A stretch of 64,000 nt of DNA from Christensenellaceae bacterium Phil7 (lineage in GTDB: Bacteria; Bacillota; Clostridia; Christensenellales; CAG-138). The position numbers were made by a program, and so were the translations under genes. The stretch covers positions 146,312 through 210,311 of the forward strand of contig MSGV01000023.1 in the NCBI GenBank assembly GCA_001940845.1. Direction: 5' to 3'. Position 1 is the first letter of the stretch; every line of letters begins with the position of its first letter. Of the stretch, positions 24,941 through 35,254 are shown piece by piece. The notes beneath the pieces were generated by a model, which saw only the letters and a program-made list of their open reading frames with translations, did no database searches and was not told the origin of the DNA.

Positions 24941-26935
24941 ATGAAATGCAGAAATTGTGGAACTGAAAACGTATCCGAGAGCATGTACTGCGTCAATTGC
25001 GGCACACGGCTCAATGAATTCGAACAAACCGATTTTGACATAATAGATGAAGACTCCGATGCGATTGATGATGAAAGCATAGCAGATATGGAGCGCAGAT
25101 TTACGCAGGGGATCGGCAGCTGGGAAAGCATATCCGATTCCGGAAGGACTGCTGCAAGGGCGGCGAATGATTCAGCCAGAGGCAGTACAGGGCAAAGGCA
25201 AAGGCACCGCTACGAAGCTTCAGAAAGAATAACTGTTGAATCTAATTCTGCTGTCTATGATCGTAAGAATGAGAACAATGCTGAGCATCAGGAGAGAGTG
25301 TCCGGCTTGAGAAGCGGTTCACAGGCAAATTACAGCCAAAATGCAGCTTGCGAGAGAAAAACGACTGAGGAAACACAGCGCCGTTTCACGATGAGCTCCG
25401 AAAGCAGCCAGCATCCACATGCGGACAAGAGAAGCTACAGCGAACGCAGGTCAGAGTTTAGTTCTGAACGAAAAGTAAAAAAAATAGAAACTCCTGAAAA
25501 GCCGCAGCAAGCGGAGCATATGAATGCGGAGGAGCGGGAATCCGGCAGGGCAGATAATAATGAATTGAAAAAACGAAATGTTATATCTATCTTTGCGGCT
25601 GCAATTGTATTGCTTGCCTTGATTTTGGTTTTTATCCTGACCTTACCCGGTGCCGGCAAAACGCCTAAGTATGAAGCTGAAATAATACAGAGTGCCGACA
25701 AAGAGGATTATTATCAAATCACGGTGCATGCTTCCGTTGGAGATAGAGCGGTATTCAAATCATCCAGTGGTGAGGTAAAGGAATTGGAGATAACATCGAA
25801 GCATTTTGCTGTCTTTGATATCCATATTGCCGAACTGCTGCCACAGGAACCGATTGATACGCCAATATGCACGGTGGAACCGATAGTGGGTATAATAAGA
25901 AAGGGAGAGACAGAGGTCGTTAAAGTCAGCGTACCATCCGTTTCGATCGATGTGCCCCAATTCGCGGTCGTGTTCGATCATGAATTGGAGCTTGAGCAGC
26001 ATATCACGGATCAAAGGACGCAGGAACCCGTTTCAGAGCAGGTGACCCAAATCCCAGATTCAGCCACGCAATTCCCGGAAACGACCTCAGCTCCGGAATC
26101 CGTGCAGCAGGTTATAGATGCTGATACCATTGTCTGCAATGAGGGTTCCGTAACAATATCCGGAAGGATCCCGGATGTCGATATTACCGTGCGATTCGAT
26201 GATGAGCTTGTTGAAATAATTGGGAATGCATTCTCATATACGGCCAAGTTCGAAAAAGCGGGTGAACATCTGATCCAATTTGAAGCAAGTGCACCAGGAT
26301 ATCTCACCGTAAGGCGCACATTCAAAGCGATAGTTGATGTCGATTTAACGGCGGAGCAGGTGATATGCATAGACAGGAGCTTCAATACTCGAGTATCAAG
26401 TGAAAACGAAGAGATAACGGTGGTAGGCACCGTTCCCCCAGGTACTCAGCTCAGGGTTGTTTCGGATGATCCCGATTTCAGTCTGGGGTCGGAGCCGAGT
26501 GTTGATGATGAAGGCAATTTCAGCTTTGTTGTAAATTTGCCGGTAGAATCCAAAAACTATCAAATGAGCATTATTGCCACAACAAAAAGCGGCAATGAGA
26601 TCATTCGTCCGTTTGCCGTGCAGCGTCCGCCGGTATTCAATGATTATGTTCCTACTGTATGGGCCTGCAGCTATAATGATATGATAAAGCCGATGTATTT
26701 CGGCGTGAAGGGTTTCCAGATCAATGGTTATGTTACCGAGATCATCAGTGATGCAGATTATCAGAGGGCAAGATTGCAGCTCTCCACCAATCAAACAGTA
26801 ATTTTGAATTACTATAACCATTATGCTGGCGCAAGTACTTTGCTGGCCGGGAATAACTATACGATGTATGGATACCCGATCGGTATAAATTCCGATGGAG
26901 AGCTTGAGCTGTTTATCTGGTTTATAAGGGCGTGA
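24941..26935 (+). CDS. zinc-ribbon domain membrane protein (single TM, large extracytoplasmic domain)
   Basis: 664 aa. N-terminal CRNCGTEN...CVNCG zinc ribbon, a ~190-aa polar/charged linker, TM helix VISIFAAAIVLLALILVFILTL, then a ~420-aa beta-rich region. Confidence 0.7.
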   Translation: MKCRNCGTENVSESMYCVNCGTRLNEFEQTDFDIIDEDSDAIDDESIADMERRFTQGIGSWESISDSGRTAARAANDSARGSTGQRQRHRYEASERITVESNSAVYDRKNENNAEHQERVSGLRSGSQANYSQNAACERKTTEETQRRFTMSSESSQHPHADKRSYSERRSEFSSERKVKKIETPEKPQQAEHMNAEERESGRADNNELKKRNVISIFAAAIVLLALILVFILTLPGAGKTPKYEAEIIQSADKEDYYQITVHASVGDRAVFKSSSGEVKELEITSKHFAVFDIHIAELLPQEPIDTPICTVEPIVGIIRKGETEVVKVSVPSVSIDVPQFAVVFDHELELEQHITDQRTQEPVSEQVTQIPDSATQFPETTSAPESVQQVIDADTIVCNEGSVTISGRIPDVDITVRFDDELVEIIGNAFSYTAKFEKAGEHLIQFEASAPGYLTVRRTFKAIVDVDLTAEQVICIDRSFNTRVSSENEEITVVGTVPPGTQLRVVSDDPDFSLGSEPSVDDEGNFSFVVNLPVESKNYQMSIIATTKSGNEIIRPFAVQRPPVFNDYVPTVWACSYNDMIKPMYFGVKGFQINGYVTEIISDADYQRARLQLSTNQTVILNYYNHYAGASTLLAGNNYTMYGYPIGINSDGELELFIWFIRA

Positions 26936-26951
26936 TTTTGAAGGAGAGAGG

Positions 26952-27209
26952 ATGAATATTTGGGGAAGAGTTCGGAAGAACAACAGAACCATTACCGAGT
27001 GCGTTGTAAAAGTCAATGCGGAATCGGCTGATAAAATTGAGGATTGGAGCGAGCCGATCGGCGATTTATGTCATGAGCTTGACCTGGCGCGCCCCGTCAT
27101 TTTGAAAAAGCATATAGATGATTTTAACAAATTTTCCCATACCTATTTTAAACCAAGGGATTTTGTTGAATCAGTCGATTTTGACCGGCTGGAGATTGAA
27201 CTGTTCTGA
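26952..27209 (+). CDS. hypothetical soluble 85-aa protein
   Basis: RBS GAAGGAGAG. 16 nt after the upstream stop. No recognisable motif. Confidence 0.5.
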   Translation: MNIWGRVRKNNRTITECVVKVNAESADKIEDWSEPIGDLCHELDLARPVILKKHIDDFNKFSHTYFKPRDFVESVDFDRLEIELF

Positions 27210-27294
27210 GTAGCAATCGGATGTGAATAGAAATCTATCGGCAGTGCATAATAAGCTTGAATAACCTCGCAAGGGGTAAGAAGGAGTTGAAATT

Positions 27295-27519
27295 ATGGAT
27301 ACACTGTCATTGATTCTGATCATTATCGGTGCGCTCAACTGGGGTCTCGTTGGAATATTCCAGTTCGATCTCGTAGCCGCAATATTCGGCGGTATGAGCG
27401 GTGTCGTGTCAAGAATCATCTATACAATCGTTGGTCTTGCCGGCCTTTGGGGCATCACATTGCTGTTCAGGCGCAAGAACAGGGCTGCATTCATGGCGGA
27501 TAATCACCATGATGATTAA
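27295..27519 (+). CDS. DUF378 family small membrane protein
   Basis: 74 aa. LILIIIGALNWGLVGIFQFDLVAAIFGG is the DUF378 signature. Confidence 0.8.
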   Translation: MDTLSLILIIIGALNWGLVGIFQFDLVAAIFGGMSGVVSRIIYTIVGLAGLWGITLLFRRKNRAAFMADNHHDD

Positions 27520-27611
27520 GAATGGCGCCGGTCTAAAGCATTGGGCAGATCTTTGAAAAATGATTTGCCCCGTTTGATTTGGCAGCCTATGGCAAAATCG
27601 AGAATAATAAT

Positions 27612-27657
27612 CAAAGGAAACGCTGCATGGGTCGGAACCGATGCAGCGTTTCCTTTG
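27612..27657 (+). terminator. strong stem-loop downstream of the DUF378 gene
   Basis: Perfect 17-bp arms CAAAGGAAACGCTGCAT / ATGCAGCGTTTCCTTTG. Weak T tail. Confidence 0.55.
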
Positions 27658-27720
27658 GGGCATTTTATGGCTTTTATAATAGACGAACAGCAAAAATAAT
27701 TGTATACTTCAAAAAACCTA

Positions 27721-27749
27721 TTGCATTTAGCGAAACATGCGGTTAAAAT
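27721..27749 (+). promoter_or_regulatory. sigma-70-type promoter for typA
   Basis: TTGCAT (27721-27726), 17 nt, TAAAAT (27744-27749). Confidence 0.5.
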
Positions 27750-27787
27750 ATAGGCTTGGTAAAACATAATTGGAGTTAATAGATAAA

Positions 27788-29632
27788 ATGAACGATAAGA
27801 TTAGAAATATTGCAATTATTGCCCATGTTGACCATGGCAAAACCACCCTCGTCGATCAGCTGTTGAGGCAAAGCGGAGTTTTTCGTGCTAACGAGCAGGT
27901 GCAGGATAGGGTCATGGACTCAAATGATATAGAGCGCGAGCGCGGCATAACGATACTGTCAAAGAATACGGCAGTGAATTATAATGGCTACAGAATAAAT
28001 ATTGTGGATACGCCGGGTCATGCGGATTTTGGCGGAGAGGTTGAGCGCATATTGAAGATGGTCGATGGCGTTCTGCTCCTTGTAGATGCTTTCGAGGGTT
28101 GTATGCCTCAGACTAGATTTGTGCTCAGAAAAGCATTGGAATTGGGAAAGACCCCCGTTGTGGTTATCAATAAGGTTGATCGTTCCGGAGCAAGGCCATA
28201 TGAGGTGGTTGATGAGGTGCTGAGCCTCTTTATTGAGCTTGGAGCAAATGATGAGCAGCTTGAATTTCCGATCGTTTATGCATCGGCTCGTGATGGCGTT
28301 TCTGGATTTGAACCCGATGAACTTGAGCCGAATATGAAGGCGGTATTTGATACCATAATCAATCATGTTCCTGCGCCCGCCGGAGATGAGGATTCTCCCC
28401 TTCAGGTGCTGATCTCAACAATAGATTATGATGACTATGTCGGCAGGATAGGAATAGGCAGGATAGAGCGTGGAACTGCGGTGCGCAACCGTACTGCGAT
28501 AGTTTGCTGCGCAGATCATGAAGAGCATCGTGAGGCCAAGCTGTCAAGACTATATAGGTTTGAGGGATTGAAGCGCGTCGAAGCAGAATCGGTCAGCGCA
28601 GGTGATATTGTTGCAATAGCCGGAATTTCCGGTATTGCGATCGGTGAAACCGTATGTGATCCGTCTGCTGTGGAGCCGCTTCCGTTTGTGCATATAGATG
28701 AGCCCACTGTAAGCATGGATTTCATCGTGAATACAAGCCCATTTGCAGGAAGGGAGGGCAAATATGTTACCTCACGAAATCTTCGTGACCGCCTGTTCAA
28801 AGAAGTTGAGACAAATGTTTCAATGAGAGTTGATACCACGGCATCGACCGATGCATTTAAAGTCAGCGGAAGGGGAGAGCTTCATCTATCCATACTCATT
28901 GAAACGATGCGTCGTCAGGATTATGAATTTGCCGTCTCTCGCCCAAAGGTGATTATGAAGCGTGATTCGCAGGGTCATCTTTTGGAGCCGATAGAGGAGC
29001 TGACGATCGATGTGCCTCAGGAATATATGGGAACGGTTATGGAGAAGCTTGGAACGCGCCGCGCCGTACTCGTAAATATGATAAATGAAAACGAAGGCAG
29101 TGTTCGCCTGATTTTTGATATTCCATCCAGAGGACTTATGGGGTACCGCAGCGAGCTGCTTACCGATACGAGAGGCAATGGCGTTATGAGCCATATCTTT
29201 AAGGACTATGAGCCATATACAGGCGAGATAGCGGAGCGTACAAGAGGCTCTCTGATCGCATCCGAATCCGGCGAGGCCAATTCCTATGGCTTATTTAATA
29301 CTCAAGATCGCGGAAGGCTTTTCGTTGTTCCGGGCGAACCCGTTTATGAGGGCCAAATAGTTGGTGAATGCTCCAGAAATGAGGATATAACGGTAAATGT
29401 ATGCAAAAAGAAGCATGTTACAAATATGCGTGCTTCAGGTTCGGATGAGGCTTTGCGATTAACGCCTCCGCTTGTGCTCAGTTTGGAGCAGTGCCTTGAA
29501 TTTATCAGGGATGATGAACTGGTGGAGGTTACGCCTAAAAATATCAGAATGCGCAAACGTTCACTTACAAAGGATCAGCGTATTAAGGATTTTAATCGCA
29601 AGCAAGCGCAGGGCAGTGATGTTGAAATATAA
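27788..29632 (+). CDS. typA: translational GTPase TypA/BipA
   Basis: Starts MNDKIRNIAIIAHVDHGKTTLVD (G1), DTPGHADFGGE (G3), NKVD (G4). About 614 aa. Confidence 0.95.
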   Translation: MNDKIRNIAIIAHVDHGKTTLVDQLLRQSGVFRANEQVQDRVMDSNDIERERGITILSKNTAVNYNGYRINIVDTPGHADFGGEVERILKMVDGVLLLVDAFEGCMPQTRFVLRKALELGKTPVVVINKVDRSGARPYEVVDEVLSLFIELGANDEQLEFPIVYASARDGVSGFEPDELEPNMKAVFDTIINHVPAPAGDEDSPLQVLISTIDYDDYVGRIGIGRIERGTAVRNRTAIVCCADHEEHREAKLSRLYRFEGLKRVEAESVSAGDIVAIAGISGIAIGETVCDPSAVEPLPFVHIDEPTVSMDFIVNTSPFAGREGKYVTSRNLRDRLFKEVETNVSMRVDTTASTDAFKVSGRGELHLSILIETMRRQDYEFAVSRPKVIMKRDSQGHLLEPIEELTIDVPQEYMGTVMEKLGTRRAVLVNMINENEGSVRLIFDIPSRGLMGYRSELLTDTRGNGVMSHIFKDYEPYTGEIAERTRGSLIASESGEANSYGLFNTQDRGRLFVVPGEPVYEGQIVGECSRNEDITVNVCKKKHVTNMRASGSDEALRLTPPLVLSLEQCLEFIRDDELVEVTPKNIRMRKRSLTKDQRIKDFNRKQAQGSDVEI

Positions 29633-29669
29633 CATTTTTAATGTTTAGCGCATAAGGATAGGAGCAGAG

Positions 29670-30404
29670 ATGAATCAATTGTTGAATATACTTGCGAATT
29701 GGCTGGCATCCAATCCCTGGCTCGCCCCGATAGCCGCATTCTTTTCAGGAGTTTTGACCTCATTCATGCCCTGCTCCTTATCGACCATTCCATTGGTCTT
29801 AGGCTATGTTGGGGGCAGCGATGCTGTGGATGAGCATGGCAGGGGTACTATCAGGGCATTCAGATTGAGCCTTATGTTTGCATTGGGCTCAACCATAATT
29901 TTCTGTATACTTGGTATGCTTGCTTCTGCAATAGGCAGTCTTTTGGAAGGTGCGGAATTCTGGCTACATATAGTTATGGCCGCATTGCTGGTGCTAATGG
30001 CACTGCAAATGTGGAATGTGATAAATATCCTGCCGTCCAATAGCAGCATGTTGATGAAAAATAAAACCAGAGGCGGTCTGGGAGCACTTATTTCCGGTAT
30101 GATCGCTGGGTTATTTGCTTCGCATTGCGCACTTCCCGTTGTCATTGCGTTGATGGCTGTTGCCGTAAATGCCGGAGGCAAGGGTATCACTTATTATGGT
30201 CCGCTGCTGCTTTTGTTCTTCTCCTTAGGGCACGCCATGCTTTCGGTTGCGGCTGGAACCAGCATCGGCTTTGTTCAAAGGTTGATGGCAAACAAGAAAT
30301 ATGATAGGGCGAGCAAGCTTATAAAGATTCTGCTTGGAATCCTGATTATGCTTGCTGCAGCCTATTTGATCTTTGAAGCAATACATGATGGGATCAATCA
30401 TTAG
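29670..30404 (+). CDS. ccdA: cytochrome c biogenesis/thiol-disulfide transporter CcdA (DsbD-family TM domain)
   Basis: 244 aa with 6 TM helices. Conserved Cys in TM1 (SFMPCSLSTIPL) and TM4 (FASHCALPV). Confidence 0.7.
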   Translation: MNQLLNILANWLASNPWLAPIAAFFSGVLTSFMPCSLSTIPLVLGYVGGSDAVDEHGRGTIRAFRLSLMFALGSTIIFCILGMLASAIGSLLEGAEFWLHIVMAALLVLMALQMWNVINILPSNSSMLMKNKTRGGLGALISGMIAGLFASHCALPVVIALMAVAVNAGGKGITYYGPLLLLFFSLGHAMLSVAAGTSIGFVQRLMANKKYDRASKLIKILLGILIMLAAAYLIFEAIHDGINH

Positions 30405-30423
30405 GCTTGGAAGTGGAGGTATT

Positions 30424-31572
30424 ATGTATAAAATCGATGATAAGGCCCGCACTTGGGCGGAGATCGATTTGAGTGCGTTGAAGTTTAATTATGAATACGC
30501 AAAATCGATAAGCGGCAGAACTGTTATTTGCGTTCTGAAAGCGGATGCCTATGGGCACGGCGCAGTTGAGTGCGGACGATATCTCCAAGACCATTGCGAT
30601 GCGCATATGTTTGCGGTTGCAACAATAGCCGAAGCTGCTGAACTACGTGATAATGGCATAAGAGTTCCAATAATGGTGCTTGGCTATACATCGCCGGAAT
30701 ATGCTGAAATGCTCAGTCGGCTTGATATTGAGCAGACTGTAGTTGATGAGGCTCATGCAATCGATATAAATAGAGCAGCAGAGCAGCTTGGGTTGATAGT
30801 TAAGGTTCATATTGCTCTGGATACAGGTATGTCGCGTATTGGGCTCTATGCGCAGAGGGATCATGGTGCGGCAATCGATGCTGCCGAACGCATATGTAAG
30901 CTTAGAAATCTTGAGGTTGTTGGCATGTTTTCACATTTGGCCGTTGCTGATGATCTTGAACAGGAAGAATTCACGCTTTATCAATATCGAAATTTTGCGA
31001 TTATCTATAATGGTCTTGCGGAAAGAGGCATACGCATAAGAAATTGCCATGTGAGCAATTCGGCAGCCGTGCTGAATTGTCCGTTGCAATTCGATTCGGT
31101 TCGCTTTGGAATCAGCCTTTATGGGATGTATCCGGACAGCAAGCCGCGTATGGATGGTCCGTTAAAACCGGTAATGACTTTAAAATCTCGTGTAACGCAG
31201 ATAAGAATGCTTCCTTCCGGCTCAACTGTAAGTTATGGAAGAACCTTTACCGCAAGAAGAAATACAAATACCGCTGTAGTTGCGGCAGGCTATGCGGATG
31301 GCTATTCCAGAAAATTATCCAATCACGCATTTATAACCATAAAAGGTCGAAAATATCCACAGATAGGCAGAATATGCATGGATGTATGCATGGCAGATGT
31401 GACCGATGGGATGGATGCCGATGAAGGAGGAGTCCGAGCCGGAGATGAAGCAATTCTGATCGGAAATGGCGGAATGAGCTTTGAAGAAGCTGCTGAGGTG
31501 GTAGGCACAATCAATTATGAGCTGACCTGTTTGGTAACAGAAAGAGCAAAGCGTGTTTATGTGAATGGCTGA
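30424..31572 (+). CDS. alr: alanine racemase
   Basis: Start MYKIDDKARTWAEIDL (RBS GGAGG). PLP-lysine motif VLKADAYGHGA. YGRTF and GRICMD motifs. Confidence 0.9.
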   Translation: MYKIDDKARTWAEIDLSALKFNYEYAKSISGRTVICVLKADAYGHGAVECGRYLQDHCDAHMFAVATIAEAAELRDNGIRVPIMVLGYTSPEYAEMLSRLDIEQTVVDEAHAIDINRAAEQLGLIVKVHIALDTGMSRIGLYAQRDHGAAIDAAERICKLRNLEVVGMFSHLAVADDLEQEEFTLYQYRNFAIIYNGLAERGIRIRNCHVSNSAAVLNCPLQFDSVRFGISLYGMYPDSKPRMDGPLKPVMTLKSRVTQIRMLPSGSTVSYGRTFTARRNTNTAVVAAGYADGYSRKLSNHAFITIKGRKYPQIGRICMDVCMADVTDGMDADEGGVRAGDEAILIGNGGMSFEEAAEVVGTINYELTCLVTERAKRVYVNG

Positions 31573-31745
31573 GTTGAAACAATAGCAGTATCTCGAAGAT
31601 AATTTAATCGAAAACAATACCCCTGGGGCTAATCAAAGCAGTTGATATGCCTCAGGGGTTGGCTATTATAAAGGAATAGGTTCATCATTACAGGGGTTTG
31701 CGGCGGATTTTGGCGAACAAACAAAAATATATTGCATTCAGCTTA

Positions 31746-31850
31746 TTGACAACCGGGTCAAAAAGTGTTCTAATTAGTGCGTTGAAGTTTAGCAGCGTTA
31801 AACCGAATGTTTAGCATTATTATTTAGCTTGCTAAACAGGGAGTTTAGCA
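31746..31850 (+). promoter_or_regulatory. promoter plus repeated GTTTAGCA operator-like sites upstream of the cupin-XRE regulator/pot operon
   Basis: TTGACA (31746-31751), 17 nt, TCTAAT (31769-31774). TTTAGCA at 31788-31794, 31810-31816 and 31844-31850. Palindrome TTTAGCTTGCTAAA at 31823-31836. Confidence 0.55.
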
Positions 31851-31884
31851 TTGATGTTATAGAGAAGGAAGGGGGCTTGAAGCA

Positions 31885-32430
31885 GTGATCGATATCGGAG
31901 ATAAGGTCAAGCGGCTGCGATTAAAGCTTGGTTTGACGCAGGAAGAGCTCGCAGCGAGGACTGAATTATCCAAGGGATTTATATCTCAGCTGGAAAGAAA
32001 TCTTACGTCTCCTTCCATCGCAACGCTTATGGATATCCTGGAGGCACTTGGAACGGATATTGCAAGTTTTTTTGCGCCGGACGAGGTAAATGAAAAGATA
32101 GTCTTTTCGCCGGAGGACATGTTTGAAAAAGATGATGAAGAGCTGGGCGTCAAGATTTGCTGGCTGGTTCCGAATGCACAAAAAAATGAATTGGAACCAA
32201 TTCTTGCAACTATAGAGCCCGGCGGAGCAACCATCCCGGATGATCCGCATGATGGAGAGGAGTTCGGATACGTCCTTTCCGGGAATATTGTGATTGTGAT
32301 CGGAAATCGAAGGATTAAACTCAAGAAGGGGGACAGCTTCTGCTTTAAGTCCATCGAAACTCATTATATTATTAACCCCTCAAAGCGGGAAGCGAGGGTC
32401 ATATGGGTGGCAACTCCGCCGTCCTTTTAA
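31885..32430 (+). CDS. XRE-family HTH + cupin domain transcriptional regulator (PuuR-like)
   Basis: 181 aa, GTG start. N-terminal HTH_3 (LRLKLGLTQEELAARTELSKGFISQLER) and a C-terminal cupin (GEEFGYVLSG...GDSFCF). Confidence 0.85.
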   Translation: MIDIGDKVKRLRLKLGLTQEELAARTELSKGFISQLERNLTSPSIATLMDILEALGTDIASFFAPDEVNEKIVFSPEDMFEKDDEELGVKICWLVPNAQKNELEPILATIEPGGATIPDDPHDGEEFGYVLSGNIVIVIGNRRIKLKKGDSFCFKSIETHYIINPSKREARVIWVATPPSF

Positions 32431-32453
32431 TTCGATAAAGGTAGGGTCTTTTT

Positions 32454-33566
32454 ATGGAAGGTAAACGTTTGATTGAAATGGTCGGTATAACCAAAGATTT
32501 TGACGGAGATCTTGCTTTGAACAACGTCAATCTATACGTTCGCGATGGAGAATTTTTAACTCTGCTTGGTCCATCGGGATGCGGTAAAACCACTCTGCTC
32601 AGATTGATTGCAGGATTCAGTATGCCTACAAGCGGTACGATAATGATGGATGGGAAGGATCTTATTTCCGTTCCTCCATATAAGAGAAAAATTAATACCG
32701 TTTTCCAGAAGTATGCGCTCTTTCCGCATTTGAACGTATTCGATAATATAGCGTTTGGATTGAATATCAAGAAATTATCGAAGCCCGTTATCAAGCAAAG
32801 GGTTACGGAAATGCTTTCACTTGTTAACCTTTCCGGGTATGAAAAGCGATATATTGAGCAGCTCTCCGGTGGACAGCAGCAGCGTGTGGCGATTGCAAGG
32901 GCATTGGTCAATGAGCCGGAGGTGCTTCTCCTCGATGAGCCCCTTGGCGCATTGGATCTGAAGCTCCGCAAGGAAATGCAATTGGAACTCAAACGTATGC
33001 AGCAGAAGTTGGGAATAACCTTTATCTACGTCACCCACGACCAGGAGGAGGCTCTCACCATGAGTGACACGATTGTTGTTATGAATCATGGTGTCATTCA
33101 GCAGATAGGAACGCCTATGGATGTCTATAATGAGCCGAAAAATCAGTTTGTTGCGAAATTTATTGGCGAGAGCAATATTTTCCCCGCAAGAATGATAAGG
33201 GATCTGCTTGTGGAGATAAATGGTGTTGAGTATGTGTGTGTCGATAGGGGATTCGGCGAGAATGTTCCGGTTGATGTGGTAGTCAGGCCGGAGGATGTGG
33301 ATTTCATAGCTCCTGAGAGCGCAAAGCTTACCGGTGTGATAAAATCCGTCATATTTATGGGAGTTCATTATGAATTTCAGGTGGACTGCGGCGGTAAGCT
33401 ATGGACGGTACAATCCACGGATTATGTGGAACCGGGTTCTATTGTTGGTATTGAAATCCTTCCTGATGCGATACATGTTATGAAACAGCAGCCGCAGGAT
33501 GCTGTGCCGACCGAGGAGGAGCTTGCGGAGCTGGAATTGAATCGTATAGACGAGGAGCAGCTATGA
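32454..33566 (+). CDS. potA: spermidine/putrescine ABC transporter ATP-binding protein
   Basis: 370 aa. Walker [29 protein letters not shown]-like C-terminal domain. Confidence 0.9.
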   Translation: MEGKRLIEMVGITKDFDGDLALNNVNLYVRDGEFLTLLGPSGCGKTTLLRLIAGFSMPTSGTIMMDGKDLISVPPYKRKINTVFQKYALFPHLNVFDNIAFGLNIKKLSKPVIKQRVTEMLSLVNLSGYEKRYIEQLSGGQQQRVAIARALVNEPEVLLLDEPLGALDLKLRKEMQLELKRMQQKLGITFIYVTHDQEEALTMSDTIVVMNHGVIQQIGTPMDVYNEPKNQFVAKFIGESNIFPARMIRDLLVEINGVEYVCVDRGFGENVPVDVVVRPEDVDFIAPESAKLTGVIKSVIFMGVHYEFQVDCGGKLWTVQSTDYVEPGSIVGIEILPDAIHVMKQQPQDAVPTEEELAELELNRIDEEQL

Positions 33567-34390
33567 AGAGAAATGTTTTAGCCTATCCATATATTGCGGT
33601 TTGGCTTCCGATCTTTGTGGTGGTGCCAATGCTTTTCATTGCGTACTATGCATTCTTCGATAATGGTCAATTCACGCTTGAGTTTGTGAAAAGCTTACGG
33701 GAGCCCATGTATTGGAATGTGATCCTTAGATCAGCCTGGCTTGCAGTTCGGGCAACGCTGATATGCATCCTGATAGGATTCCCTGTAGCATATATGCTCT
33801 CTAAGATGAAAAAATCGGCAGCAACGCTATTGTCCATATTCTATATCCTGCCAATGTGGATGAATGCGCTGCTCAGAACATATGCATGGAAGGTATTGCT
33901 TGCGGATGGTGGAATAGTATCCGTTATATTGGAATTTTTTGGCATCCATGGAGTATCGCTTCTGTACACCGAAGGGGCTGTGCTTTTGGGTACGGTCTAT
34001 AATTTCCTTCCATTCATGATAATGCCTATTTACACAACCCTTATGAAGCTGGATAAATCCTATATTGAGGCAGCGAGCGATCTTGGTGCGAATGGCTTCC
34101 AAACCTTTATCAAGGTGGTATTACCGCTGGCAAAGCCGGGTATAGTTTCAGGAATCACGATGGTGCTTGTGCCATCAATGTCCACCTTTGCGATATCGAA
34201 GCTCCTAGGTGGTGCAAATCATGCTCTGCTTGGAGATTTGATCGAACAGAAATTCCTGCTCAGCAGTACCGGTTATGGCATGGGCTCCATACTATCTTTG
34301 ATACTGCTGGTACTCGTACTCATATCCACGGCGATCATGCGCCGCGTTGAAAAGGATAATGGAGAGGCGGAAGGGGGTATGCTCTGGTGA
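33563..34390 (+). CDS. potB: spermidine/putrescine ABC transporter permease
   Basis: 275 aa. BPD_transp_1 EAA loop ([20 protein letters not shown]). 4-nt overlap with potA. Confidence 0.85.
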   Translation: MKRNVLAYPYIAVWLPIFVVVPMLFIAYYAFFDNGQFTLEFVKSLREPMYWNVILRSAWLAVRATLICILIGFPVAYMLSKMKKSAATLLSIFYILPMWMNALLRTYAWKVLLADGGIVSVILEFFGIHGVSLLYTEGAVLLGTVYNFLPFMIMPIYTTLMKLDKSYIEAASDLGANGFQTFIKVVLPLAKPGIVSGITMVLVPSMSTFAISKLLGGANHALLGDLIEQKFLLSSTGYGMGSILSLILLVLVLISTAIMRRVEKDNGEAEGGMLW

Positions 34391-35208
34391 AAAAGCTCGG
34401 AAGCATATTTAAATGGGCATATCTTGCGCTGACGTTGGTTTTCCTGTATGCGCCGATAGCAGTTCTAATCATCTTTTCATTTACTGATTCAAGGACGATG
34501 AGCAAGTGGAATGGATTTACACTTACCGCTTATCGTGAAATGCTTAATGATTCGGCCCTCATGGATGCCCTCAAGGTGACGCTTGTTGTGGCCATTGTTT
34601 CGGCAGTGGCGGCAACGATAATAGGAACAACTGCAGCTATAGGCATAAACTCAATGAAGCGCAGAAGAAGGCTTTTGGTCGAAAATATTTCTCAGCTTCC
34701 AATGATAAATCCGGATCTTGTCACCGGTATAAGTCTTATGATGCTGTTTTCATTCATAGGCTTGAGCAGCAGGCTGGGCTATCTGAGGTTGATTCTTGCG
34801 CATACCGCATTCAACATTCCATATGTCATGTTTTCGGTTCTGCCAAAGCTTCGCCAAAGCTCAAACCTTCTGTATGAAGCAGCGATGGATTTGGGATGCA
34901 GACCTACGCAGGCGCTTTGGAAGGTGGTGCTTCCGGATATTATGCCGGGCGTCATAAGCGGATTTATAATGGCATTTACGCTTTCTATTGATGATTTCGT
35001 CATAAGCTGGTTTGTTGCTGACGGAGTTCAAAATCTTTCGATTTATATCTATGGACTTGCAAAGCGGGGAATATCTACCAAGATAAATGCATTCTCGGCA
35101 TTGATGTTTGTAGTTGTGGTGACGCTTCTGCTTATTGTTAATATAAGGAGCATGAGGCAGGAAAAACTTGATGCAGCTCAACGAAAAAAGGTTGCAAAAA
35201 ATGGTTGA
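34387..35208 (+). CDS. potC: spermidine/putrescine ABC transporter permease
   Basis: 273 aa. GTG start overlapping the potB stop. EAA loop (EAAMDLGCRPTQALWKVVLP). Confidence 0.85.
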   Translation: MKKLGSIFKWAYLALTLVFLYAPIAVLIIFSFTDSRTMSKWNGFTLTAYREMLNDSALMDALKVTLVVAIVSAVAATIIGTTAAIGINSMKRRRRLLVENISQLPMINPDLVTGISLMMLFSFIGLSSRLGYLRLILAHTAFNIPYVMFSVLPKLRQSSNLLYEAAMDLGCRPTQALWKVVLPDIMPGVISGFIMAFTLSIDDFVISWFVADGVQNLSIYIYGLAKRGISTKINAFSALMFVVVVTLLLIVNIRSMRQEKLDAAQRKKVAKNG

Positions 35209-35254
35209 TTATGCTATTATAAGCAAAAATTATTGATTTACGGAGAAAAATAAA

